Origin: Candidatus Multivoradales bacterium
GTDB lineage: Bacteria > Acidobacteriota > Thermoanaerobaculia > Multivoradales > J023
Direction of reading: 5' to 3'
NCBI GenBank assembly: GCA_965248925.1
Contig: CBDFLE010000006.1
Location: 4,896,001 to 4,960,000, forward strand
Length of the DNA stretch: 64,000 nucleotides
Shown: positions 1-9,502 of the stretch, piece after piece
Position numbering within the stretch: the stretch's first letter is position 1
Layout of the letters: each line of letters starts with the position of its first letter
The notes under the pieces: generated by a model
What the model saw: only the letters and a program-made list of their open reading frames with translations
Told to the model about the DNA's origin: nothing
The model's database searches: none
Translations under genes and position numbers: made by a program

Positions 1-381
1 TTCAAAGCCGCCGAAGAGCTGTTCGAAGAGGCGTTGGCGATCGAGCGCCGCCACTTTGGCGATCGCCACCGCTCGGTGGCCTTGATAATGAGCAACCTGG
101 CCCGCAGCCTGAGTGCCCGCGGCGAGCACCGGCGGGCTGTCAGTCTGCGAGAAGAGTCCGTCGACATCTTGCGCCAGCACCTGGGTCCCGAGCACCCGGA
201 CCTGGCCGCTCTGCTTTACAACCTGGGGGTCTCCTACCACTACGCTGGTGAGTTCGATGCAGCTGCGGAGCGCTACCGGCAGGCTCTGGCCATTGCCGAG
301 CCAGCGCTGGGCGCCGAGCATTCTTTGGTGGTGGTGTTACACCAGGTCTTGGCCGATCTCGAAAGCGGTGGCGAGGGCTAG
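1..381 (+). CDS. TPR-repeat protein, C-terminal part (5' truncated by window edge)
   Basis: Frame is open from base 1. Kinesin-light-chain-like TPR units (LGPEHPDLAALLYNLG...Y...RYRQALAI..LGAEH). Confidence 0.85.
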   Translation, partial: FKAAEELFEEALAIERRHFGDRHRSVALIMSNLARSLSARGEHRRAVSLREESVDILRQHLGPEHPDLAALLYNLGVSYHYAGEFDAAAERYRQALAIAEPALGAEHSLVVVLHQVLADLESGGEG

Positions 382-536
382 TGGTTGTTTCGCCGCTGCT
401 CCGATAACACATGTGCGTGAATTGTGTATGGCCTGAGCAGTGGATGTTCATCCCTGAGACTGTCGATCCCGAACTGGCTGCCCTTGATTCAATTAAGATG
501 TTTGTTTTCGGCTAATTACAGAAGTAGGCTCAGAAT

Positions 537-552
537 AGGCATCCTCCTTGCG
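537..552 (+). promoter_or_regulatory. Putative sigma54 (-24/-12) promoter for the pspA-like operon
   Basis: AGGCATCCTCCTTGCG gives GG(538-539)-N10-GC(550-551) with TTGC. AT-rich stretch upstream. RBS AGGAGG precedes ATG 602. pspA is sigma54-dependent in enterobacteria. Confidence 0.55.
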
Positions 553-601
553 TTGGGTGAGTTCGTCGCGAGAGCGGCTGAACCCAAACAAGGAGGATCG
601 C

Positions 602-1270
602 ATGAACTATTTCGGACGTTGGACACAAGCGGTGGTCTCGCGCATCGATCACCTGGTCACTCAGGTGGAGAATCACGAGAGCTTGGCCGAGAGCACTTTG
701 CGCGACGTGCAGCGTTCCCTGGCGCGAGCGCGGGTGCGGCTGACTAAGGTGTTGCGAGATGGTCGGCGGTTGGAAGAGCAACGGCGCAGCGCCCAGCAAG
801 ACGCACAAAAGTGGCAAGAGCGGGCCCTGGCGACGCCGGAGGATCAGAAATCGCGGGCCTTGGAGTGTCTCCGGCGAAGCCAGACCCTCGAACGGCATGC
901 GGCCGATCTCGAAGTGCGGGTAGGTGAGCATCGGGTGGCCGAGAAGCGGCTGCAGCGCGACGTGGCGCGGGTAGAGACTCGCTTTTGCGAGCTGAAAGAG
1001 AAACTCAACCTGTTGCGCACCCGCCAGTCGCGAGCCGAGGCGCTGAGTGCCAGCCGGGTGGCCGATCAATGCGGCGGCCTGCGCCTCGACCAGGTTTTCG
1101 AACGCTGGGAGGAGCGCATCACCACTATCGAACTCGATGATGACGAGCCGACTTCGGCGACCGACAGTTTTGAAATGGACTTTCTTGAGCAGGAAGAACT
1201 GGGAAATCTCGAGGCTCAGCTCGAGGCCCTGCGCAGTGAACACTCAGCGGCGGGAGCGGCGGACTCATGA
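602..1270 (+). CDS. PspA/IM30 (Vipp1/ESCRT-III-like) family protein
   Basis: Long coiled coil with VENHESLAE..LRDVQ, WQERAL and ELKEKLNLLRTRQSRAEA...FERWEERI. Strong RBS aggagg before ATG 602. Confidence 0.85.
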   Translation: MNYFGRWTQAVVSRIDHLVTQVENHESLAESTLRDVQRSLARARVRLTKVLRDGRRLEEQRRSAQQDAQKWQERALATPEDQKSRALECLRRSQTLERHAADLEVRVGEHRVAEKRLQRDVARVETRFCELKEKLNLLRTRQSRAEALSASRVADQCGGLRLDQVFERWEERITTIELDDDEPTSATDSFEMDFLEQEELGNLEAQLEALRSEHSAAGAADS

Positions 1271-2684
1271 ACCCCTACATCGATCCCGAGCCCACGGACT
1301 GTCGGCTGCTCGACACACCGCGCCCACAGGTCCCAGAAGATCCAATAGGTACCGAGGAGCTGAACATGAACCCTGCTACCAAGACCTTTGATTCCCTATC
1401 TCCCGAGACCGTGCCACCCAAGCAGAAAATGCAAGGGCTGTCGCGCCTACTGCGCATCGTCGGCGCCACTGTCTTGATGGCCGCTGCCTCGGTTTTTCTC
1501 TTTCAGCAATGGGGCGCGGGCAACGATGTGGCCCGTTACGCCAGCTTGGCGGGCATGACTCTGCTGATCAGCATCGCCGGCTTCCTCTGTGGCTCCAGAT
1601 TGGGTGAGAGCAAGAGTGCCCGCACTCTTCTCGGGCTGGTGCTCTCCGTGTGCCAGTGCATTTCGCGGTGCTGGGTGGTTTTGTCTACAGCCAGATCTCG
1701 TGGGATGGCTTGCCGATTTCGGTGCCTGCCTTTGCCGTTTGGACCATCGGTAGCCCGCTGGCAGCGGTGGGGCTAGCGGCGGCGGCCACCGCCATGCTGC
1801 TGCCGATTGCTTACTTGTCATTCATGACCTTGGCGCGAGCCCAGGCCAAGTATTTGACCTTGCTCTTCGGCGCTTGCAATCTGGCATTGTTGCTACCGCT
1901 GCGCTCTCCGGGGGGCATCGCCTTGGCGGCGGCGATTCAGGCTGGAGCGTTGATTCTGCACGAGCTTCAGCGAGTGCCGGGCCAAACCGCGATGCGAACT
2001 CCCGAAGGACGTTTCTGCCGTCTCTTGCTGACCGTGCCGCTGGCGATCATGGTTGGACGTTGTTTGATGTACGAGCCGTCGCTGGCGGTGGGCGGCGTAT
2101 TGATTTTGGCGGTCGCCTTGGCCGTCCACCGGCTTGCCGCGCGCTGGTCGTCGAAGCAGGAGATCCAGCTTTATCTACGTACCGGTGCCGCCCTGGCCGG
2201 CTGCCTTGGCTGGTTGGCGATCGTCGCTAGCATGTTCGATCGTTGGGCCTTCCCGGAGAGCTGGATACTGATGTTCTTTGCCCTGCCTTGCTCGGCTCTG
2301 CTGCTCGGCGCGGCGGCGGTGGGAGAGGGTGAGACCAAGGCCCTGCGTTTTCTTGCTCTGGCGGTGACGGCGGTCGGGGCGGCGTTCAACTTGGCTCTGT
2401 TGCCCAACGTTGGCACCGCTTTGGTGGCGGTGGGAGTCGGCATCGCGGTGCTCGCCTATGGTTATTGGGTGGGCAGCGGTCCTTTGATCGGTCTGGCGGC
2501 GGTGCTCGGCGGCTTTGGTGTGTGGATCGAGATGAAACTTGCGGTCGAGATCTTCGGCATCGGACGCTGGGGTGCTCTGGCGCTGCTCGGCATCGTGACC
2601 ATCTTGGCCAGCGCCGTGCTCGAACGCTACGGCGAGCAGCTGCGGACGGCCTTGCCGCGGCTGGTGGGGAAGCTCGGCAAATGA
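1267..2684 (+). pseudogene. Polytopic membrane protein partner of PspA, split by a frameshift near 1648-1652 (real or sequencing error)
   Basis: ORF 1267..1776 (TM helices up to ...LLGLVLSV) continues sensibly into ORF 1650..2684 (VPVHFAVLGG..., many TMs). One extra G at TCCGTG^TGCCA fuses them. ATGA overlap with pspA. Confidence 0.7.
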
Positions 2685-2731
2685 GGCTAGCGCGGCTGGA
2701 GCAGCTTGCTCACTGCTCCAGCTTGAGGCAT

Positions 2732-3844
2732 CTACGGTGTCGGCGCCCACTGAGCGGCGATCGAAGCGTGCACCGACCACAATTCAGGTAGCAAGCCGGT
2801 ACCCCAGAAGTAGTCGCCGTTGTTGGCGCTGGAACGCCAGTTGAACATCAACACGCCGACGTTGCGGGGATCGTTCAGCAGATAAGTGCTCCAGTTTTGA
2901 TTGGCAATGCCGATCTTCCACAGCGATTGGAAGGGTGGATGGTCGTCGGGGTTCGGTTGGTTGCCGACGGTCGAATTGGCTTTGGGGCAGTTGACTCCCC
3001 ACAGCGACTCGATGTTGGAGGATGACGGGGGCTGGGGAGCACAGAAACCCTTGAGCACGCCGATGGTCATCTGATGGGGAAACAAGGCCGCACTCAGCTT
3101 GGATGACACGTTGCTCCAGGGGTCGCTGCCGACATTCAAAGGATGGGAGGGTTGGCTCGGATTGAAGACATCGTAGGCGAAGTAGGCGATCACATCGAGA
3201 CCGCTGGGGAATTTTGCAGCTTGCTGACTGCCGATGCTGATGCCGTTAGTGACCGGAAAGCCTCTGCCAGAGCCGTTGAGACTGCCCAGATCATAGGCTG
3301 CCGCGATGTAGATCGGGCCGTAAGTAGCAACTTCGTCGAGCTTGGAGCGAACGTAGTTCGCAGCCACAGAGATCTTCCAACTCTGAACACAGTTGTTATT
3401 GACCTCTGGATGAACCGATAGCGCGATAACTTTCGGCGCACCTTGAAATATCGCAGCGTTAGTAGCGAAGAACTGATCCAAGCGATGCTGATAGTCCCCG
3501 CGCAGCGTGTAGTTGTTTTTGGTCTCCGACAATCCACCGCGCTCGTAGTGAGTACAGTTGATGCCGGAGACCTTAGTCGGGTTGAATATCAAGCCCAGGA
3601 TTCCAACAACCACTGGCCCGGAGAGGTTGCGGGCAGCGTTGACTTCTTGAACGATAGAAGTAGTGGGTTCGCCAGCAAATACGTGAGAAGTACTGACCTG
3701 GCCGATACTTGCGATCACTCCGTCAGCCCCGTCGAGTGGTGCCCTGAAAGTGTAGCCGAAGAATGAGTTTTGTGTTTGGCCGCTAGCCGTCATTGCGGCG
3801 CCGAGGCATGCCATAACGGCGATGATCTTGAAGACATTCTGCAT
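2732..3844 (-). CDS. Secreted hypothetical protein, possibly a glycoside-hydrolase-like TIM barrel
   Basis: Signal peptide (MQNVFKIIAVMACLGAAMTASG). Motifs HPEVNN, LDVIAYFAYD and VGVLMFNW loosely resemble GH clan-A strands. Visibly lower GC than the flanks. Confidence 0.6.
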   Translation of the reverse strand: MQNVFKIIAVMACLGAAMTASGQTQNSFFGYTFRAPLDGADGVIASIGQVSTSHVFAGEPTTSIVQEVNAARNLSGPVVVGILGLIFNPTKVSGINCTHYERGGLSETKNNYTLRGDYQHRLDQFFATNAAIFQGAPKVIALSVHPEVNNNCVQSWKISVAANYVRSKLDEVATYGPIYIAAAYDLGSLNGSGRGFPVTNGISIGSQQAAKFPSGLDVIAYFAYDVFNPSQPSHPLNVGSDPWSNVSSKLSAALFPHQMTIGVLKGFCAPQPPSSSNIESLWGVNCPKANSTVGNQPNPDDHPPFQSLWKIGIANQNWSTYLLNDPRNVGVLMFNWRSSANNGDYFWGTGLLPELWSVHASIAAQWAPTP

Positions 3845-3991
3845 GATGAAGTACTCCTTGTCGGAAGTTTGTTGTTTGCCCTCGCCAGGAAACGCGCAGG
3901 AAAGTGGTAGATTCCCCAGAAATTCTGTGTCAGCAGAGAAGATGTCGAATCGCGCCTGCCGCCAGTCCCCGCGGCCGCGGTGGGTTTGCCG

Positions 3992-5505
3992 CTAGCTGCC
4001 GCCCAGGCTGGTGACCTCATCGATCACCACTCGATCGATGAGCAAGGTCGGATCACCTGTCGCCAGCTGCTCGATCACCAACTGGTGGGGTTCGGAAGAA
4101 TGCGGGATGAAGAGCTGGCTGGCGGTGATCTGCACGAAGGGAGTGGAATACACTTCCTTGGCATCGACCGCCGGTACGGCGATTCCGCTTTCGATTTCCA
4201 CCCCACCGAGTTCAATGCGCAGGATGGGTGTCGGATAGACGCACGGCGGGCTTGAGTTTCTGGCGTTGGCCCAGATCCGAACCCGGTACTTCTTGCCGTG
4301 TTCGAACCCCGGCACTAGCTGGGTGATCGAACTCTGCTGTTTGAGGAAACAGGCGAATATTCCATCCATCGGCTGACCATAGTCAAAGAAGGCATGGGGA
4401 ATACATCGCCGGTTTCTTGCTTGTCGATCCAGTTGCGGCACGTTTTGTTCGGATTGTCGACCGTCCATTCTGGCAGGGTCGTGCCTTCGCTGACTCGGCC
4501 TTGGGGTTGGCTTAGCTCGCCTTCTTCACAACTGTGGTTGACGGTGTCGACATCGGTGAAGTCGCCTTCCAGATAGTAGAGGGCCCAGGTCGAGCCCCGC
4601 AGGTCTTCCTCATTCTGATGATGACATCCCTTCTCGATGCCCCTTTCGCTGGTGCGCAGAAAGCCCTTGCCGGAGAGTAAGCCAAAACTTCTTTGCCCCT
4701 GAACATGTCCATAACTGTCGCTGACGAATGAGCCTGCCCCAGGTGCCGGGCAGAGGTATCCCGGATTGGCCTCAACTAGCAAGAAGTCGCTACTCGGGTT
4801 GGAGAAGGAGGCGGCTTGAAAATTCACACCATCGAGGGAGTACTCGAAGTATCTATGGGTCTCAAACAGAGTGCTTCCCACCCAGACGCCGACCTGGCCG
4901 TCGATTGGCGGCACGAAGTCGCCTTCGCCGGTTTCGTTGTACAACCGCCAGCCGTCGGTGGTCAACCGCGCCAAACAGACTTGAACGAAACTGGCGACGA
5001 AGGAACCCATGGGGTTGCCGCCGCCCGGTGGATGATTGGGGTTGTCGACGTCAAAGATTACGGGCGAGCATTCGTAGTAGAGCAGAGTCCAATCGGCTTC
5101 GTTCGACATCGGCCTGTCGATGATGGTTAGAGAACAGATGTTGAGGGCATCGAAGGGGTTATGTTTGGCCGGGTCGCCGCCAGCGGAATGGAGAGCGACT
5201 TGCGGGTCGAGTTCACTCTGGCCCGGCTGGACGGTCGCGGTGTAGATGGCATCGTGTCTCTGACCGTTGCTAGGGAACTCCTCAGAGCTGCACCACCAGG
5301 CGCTCAGGGAGCCGCCGGTGTTCCACCGTGCCGACCCTTGGTTGTCCGAGATTCCGACGTTGTCGATCAGTGGCTCATGCTGGCCGTGAGTTTCTTGAAA
5401 GAAGACCGGCGATGCTAAATCTTCAGCGTTGGCGGTCGTGTTGACCGCGAGCATGATCAGCAAGAGTCTGCTGATGATTCTGAGCGGTGGTCGTAGTTTC
5501 TTCAT
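3992..5505 (-). pseudogene. Secreted multidomain protein with a C-terminal beta-sandwich (CBM-like) domain, frameshifted in a C-run near 4396-4399
   Basis: Signal peptide MKKLRPP...NTTANA. ORF 4315..5529 (..ETGDVFP) joins ORF 3992..4468 (HAFFDYGQP..QQSSITQLVPGFEHGKKYRVRIWANARN) if one C is added to TTCCCCATG. Confidence 0.6.
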
Positions 5506-5791
5506 GGTGTTTCTTCGGTTTTCATTCAAGGTTGCGCTCTGGCCTGCCGCTTCTCTCTAAGCAGGAGGATGAAGCGTGGTTGCGATAGAGAACGCGCAGA
5601 AACAGACCGTATTCCCTAGCGAAGATTGGCAGGTAGAGAAGAAGGCGAGGCGCCGGGGTGGGCTGGCGCTCGCCAGCAGCACGCTGCTATGGGTAAGCTC
5701 GGATGAAACGGGTTTGTGAGCAGAGTTGCCGGCCCAAAAAAGAGCGAAAATGCCTCGGCCAGTCACTCCTCGGTCTAAACTCGACCTACCA

Positions 5792-8700
5792 ATGCACTAC
5801 GATGCCTTCATCTCCTACGGTCATGGGGCCGGCGCGCGGCTGCCGCGGGCTCTGCAGTTGGCTTTGGAGCGCCTGGCGCGACCCTGGTACAAGCGCCGCG
5901 CGCTGCGAGTCTTTCGCGACGACACCGACCTCTCGGCCAGCCCTGGGCTGTGGACGGCAATTCAACGTGGGCTCGACCAAAGCAGCTACCTCATCTTGCT
6001 GGCTTCCACCGATGCGGCGCAGTCGACCTGGGTGCAGCGGGAAGTCGACCATTGGTTGCGCAGCGGTAGAGTTCAGCGTTTGCTGTTGGTGCTCTGTGAT
6101 GGCGAGATCAAGTGGAACCCAGCGGCGGTAGATTTCGATTGGCGTCGCACCACAGCGCTGCCGAAGGTGCTGCGCGGAGCATTTGAGGAAGAGCCGCTGT
6201 GGGTAGATCTACGTTGGGCGGCGGTGGATGCGGAACTGAGCCTGGCCAATCAAAACTTCAAGAACGACGCGGCCAGCATTGCCGCCCCTCTTCACGGCTG
6301 TTCCAAGGACGACTTGGTCGGTGGCGATCTGTTGCAGTATCGGCGACCTTGGTGGTGGGTTATCGGTGTGCTGGCGGTTTTGGGGTTGGTGGGCGTCCTG
6401 GGCGGATTCCAGTGGTTGGGCAAGGTCGCGGAACGCCAAGCCAAAGGGTGGCAAGAGCATGGTCGGCAGGTGGCACGGCTGGCGGCGGAGTCGCTGGCGG
6501 CCCAGGATGGTGATCTGGGCTTGCTGCTCGCTGTCGAGGCTGCTCGGCGGCAGCAGGAGATGGGGGTGCCGCAGCAGCTCGAAGTCGACCAGGCTCTGCG
6601 CCGGTCGTTGGCGGTGCGGCCGCGTCTCGAGGCCAGCTTGCGGCATCAGGTGGCGGTGCGGTCGATGGCCTTCGCCGCTGATGGCGAAAGCTTGGCCACC
6701 GCGGATGTGGGTGGTCAGCTGCGAGTTTGGCAGGCGAATGGCCGTGAGTTGGTGCGTTTGGAACACGGCAGTCCGGTGACCGCCTTGGCGTGGAGTGCCG
6801 AGGGCCGGTGGTTGGCCAGTGCCGATGAGCAGGGCACCGCCAGCGTTTGGCTGGCTGCAACCGGCAGTGAACGGATGCGTTTCGAAGCCGCCGACGGAGC
6901 GCGCATCTGGGATCTCGAGTTCAGCCCTGGCGCCGAGTATTTGGCCATCGCCAGTGCCGATCGGAGCGCAAGGGTATTCGATATCGCCAGCCGTTCTGAG
7001 GTCGCCCGCTTGCCTCATCCGTGGTCGGTCTTCCAGGTCAATTTTGTCGCCGCTCGCTCGTCGGAGAATCCCGGCGAGTGGCTGTTGACCCGTGCCGCTT
7101 CTCAATTGCGACTGTGGCGCTGGAGCCGCGGCCGCGAGCAATTCATCTTGTCGCCAGCGGACCCGGCGATCCAGGAAGTAGTGGCGGATGTCGACCCTAG
7201 CGGCGGCTTTCTGGCGCGTGCCATCCAAGTTACCGGAGGTCAGGAGACGACCCTCTACGAAATGCCCGGGGGACAGCGCTGGGGACACTTCGGGGATGAT
7301 TCCGGCGGTTCGGGGCAGGATGTCGAGTGGCAGCTTGGCAGCTCAATGACCGCGGAGCGCATCTCGTGGGGTTCGCGCGGCCGGCTGTTGGCGGTCGCCG
7401 GCAGGGTTGACGGGGCGGCGGTGGTGCTCGATGTGGAGCGCCTGGGCAGTGGGCGGGATCCGGTGGTCACCCGGCTGCGACCGCCAGAGGGCATCCGCGG
7501 TGTCGAGATGTTGCCGGGAGGCCGCTTGGTGACCCGCTCCGATCGGGCGGTGCGCATCTGGGAGACCGCCAGCGGCGCCATGTTGAGTGAGATTAGAGCG
7601 GCACCGGCGATCGACCAGATGATCGTGGCCTCGGCCGGGGAACGCTTGGCAGTGCGCTCTGGCAACACGGTCAGTGTTTGGCAGCTGCAAGGCTACCAAG
7701 AGCAGCTGAAGATCGCCGACCGGGCCCCCTGGCGGGATCTGTGGAGTTTTGACGGCCGCTTTCTCCTAGGTCAAGAGGGGACTCAGGAGATTACCCTGCG
7801 GGAGGCAGTCAGCGGCAATATCGCTGCCCGTCTGGCGGTGGACAGCGCGCTCTATGCGGGTGTGAAGGCGACCACCTTCAGTCCCGATGGGCGCTGGTTG
7901 GCGGCGGCGCTGGAGCAGGCGGTGGTCGTTTTCGACATGAGCAGCGGCCAGGCGGCGGCCCGCATTCAGCTGGCTGAGCAACCCTTGCGAGTGAGCTGGA
8001 GCGGCTCCGGCCGGTTGGCTTTGGTGACTCGCAACCAACTCGAATTCTGGGATGTGGTTTCGAATCAGCGGATTTTCCGCTTGCCGCTGCCGGCGGTACT
8101 CGGGGAGCTGGCCGCGAGTCCCGATGGACGCCGTCTGGCGTTGACTTTCGGTGATCATTTGCGGTTGATCGATACCGCGGATGGCCGCCAACTTGCCGCC
8201 TTGCCGTGGCTTGGCCAGGCGGGACTGATGACCTGGAATGTCGCCAGTGAGCGCCTGGCGACAGCCGACTCAGCTGGCTTGCGCCTGTGGGATGCGGAGG
8301 GTCGGCAGGTGGGTGAGTTCGAAGTTGTCGAAGCAGGCATTCTCGCCCTTGAGTTTTCCCCCGATGGCGAGCTCTTGGCCACCGGTTCCGAGTCTGGGGC
8401 GTTGGTGTTGTGGCGGGTTGCCGACGGGGTAGAAGTGCAACGAAGGCAGCTTGTGGGCCAGGTAGCAAGGCTCGATTTCAGCGCCGACGGCGCTTATCTG
8501 GCAAGCGCCGCGGGCGGCTTGCTGGAGAGCCGTGGTCAGGCTCAGATCTGGCAGGCCGAAGGGCTGCGTCCCCTAGCAGACCTCGAGCACTCGCGCGGGC
8601 TGCTGGCGATGGAATTCTCACCCGATGGACGCTGGCTGGCAACCCGCACCGCCGAGCCCATGTTGCGAGTCTGGGCGTGGCGGCCGGCAGACTTGATCGC

Positions 8701-9487
8701 TGAGGCTTGTCAGCGCTTGACCCGCAATCTCAGCGCTGAAGAATGGCGTTACTATTTCGCCGGCGCAGTCGCTGGCGCAACTCAGCCCTATCGCGAGACC
8801 TGTCCCGGTCTTGACTCTGAGCCTGCCAGCCACGCAGCTACCGCCGCGGAAGCCAGAAATCTGAGCGGTCGATCGCCAGCGGGGCCAGCGATTCGGACCC
8901 TCGCCCTGGAGCAGGCAGTCTTGATCCCCGAGGCGCCCCTTGCCGACGGCCAAACCGAGCCCTCGCCGGCCGTGGCGGACCCGGCCCCGGCAGCAGAGCC
9001 GCCGCCGGTCGAATCCAGCCCAGCGACCGATCCCACCCCCAAGCCTGCAACTCCGCCGCCGGCCGCCGCAGCTGATGAGCTGAGTGTGAGCGACATTGCC
9101 CGGTTGGGATCGGAACTCAAGCGCCTCAGTGTTCGTATTGTCGACGAGTACGAGGACTTTCTCGATCGTGAAGACTATGACACCGAGGGCGAGGAAGACG
9201 ATATCGAAGAGTTGCTCGAAGACTTTGCCGAGGCCGCCAGTGATTTTGCCGGCACTGCCCGTCGGGCGAGCGGCAAGGGAGGCGCGCTGAGCGTGGCCTT
9301 GCGCGGCGGCAAACGCAAGTCGCAAAAGAGAGCGGAGGATAACCTGCGCCAGAAGCGCCGCCAGATGCTGCGCTATGGTGGTCGTCTACGACCGTTGATG
9401 TTACGTTATCCGGTCGGCTCGGCGGCTGAACGCAGTTGGCGGCGGATCGATCAATTGCTCGGCCGGCTTGCTGCCGAGAGTATTTAG
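5792..9487 (+). CDS. TIR domain - TM helix - WD40 beta-propeller protein with Pro-rich linker and helical C-terminal domain
   Basis: N-term YDAFISY..VFRDDTDL..LILLAS..SxWVxREV (TIR_2, catalytic Glu present). One TM (WWWVIGVLAVLGLVGVLGG). Many WD40 repeats (FSPDGxxLA..W). P/A-rich linker. Confidence 0.9.
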   Translation: MHYDAFISYGHGAGARLPRALQLALERLARPWYKRRALRVFRDDTDLSASPGLWTAIQRGLDQSSYLILLASTDAAQSTWVQREVDHWLRSGRVQRLLLVLCDGEIKWNPAAVDFDWRRTTALPKVLRGAFEEEPLWVDLRWAAVDAELSLANQNFKNDAASIAAPLHGCSKDDLVGGDLLQYRRPWWWVIGVLAVLGLVGVLGGFQWLGKVAERQAKGWQEHGRQVARLAAESLAAQDGDLGLLLAVEAARRQQEMGVPQQLEVDQALRRSLAVRPRLEASLRHQVAVRSMAFAADGESLATADVGGQLRVWQANGRELVRLEHGSPVTALAWSAEGRWLASADEQGTASVWLAATGSERMRFEAADGARIWDLEFSPGAEYLAIASADRSARVFDIASRSEVARLPHPWSVFQVNFVAARSSENPGEWLLTRAASQLRLWRWSRGREQFILSPADPAIQEVVADVDPSGGFLARAIQVTGGQETTLYEMPGGQRWGHFGDDSGGSGQDVEWQLGSSMTAERISWGSRGRLLAVAGRVDGAAVVLDVERLGSGRDPVVTRLRPPEGIRGVEMLPGGRLVTRSDRAVRIWETASGAMLSEIRAAPAIDQMIVASAGERLAVRSGNTVSVWQLQGYQEQLKIADRAPWRDLWSFDGRFLLGQEGTQEITLREAVSGNIAARLAVDSALYAGVKATTFSPDGRWLAAALEQAVVVFDMSSGQAAARIQLAEQPLRVSWSGSGRLALVTRNQLEFWDVVSNQRIFRLPLPAVLGELAASPDGRRLALTFGDHLRLIDTADGRQLAALPWLGQAGLMTWNVASERLATADSAGLRLWDAEGRQVGEFEVVEAGILALEFSPDGELLATGSESGALVLWRVADGVEVQRRQLVGQVARLDFSADGAYLASAAGGLLESRGQAQIWQAEGLRPLADLEHSRGLLAMEFSPDGRWLATRTAEPMLRVWAWRPADLIAEACQRLTRNLSAEEWRYYFAGAVAGATQPYRETCPGLDSEPASHAATAAEARNLSGRSPAGPAIRTLALEQAVLIPEAPLADGQTEPSPAVADPAPAAEPPPVESSPATDPTPKPATPPPAAAADELSVSDIARLGSELKRLSVRIVDEYEDFLDREDYDTEGEEDDIEELLEDFAEAASDFAGTARRASGKGGALSVALRGGKRKSQKRAEDNLRQKRRQMLRYGGRLRPLMLRYPVGSAAERSWRRIDQLLGRLAAESI

Positions 9488-9502
9488 AAGGGGTGAGGAT
9501 TC

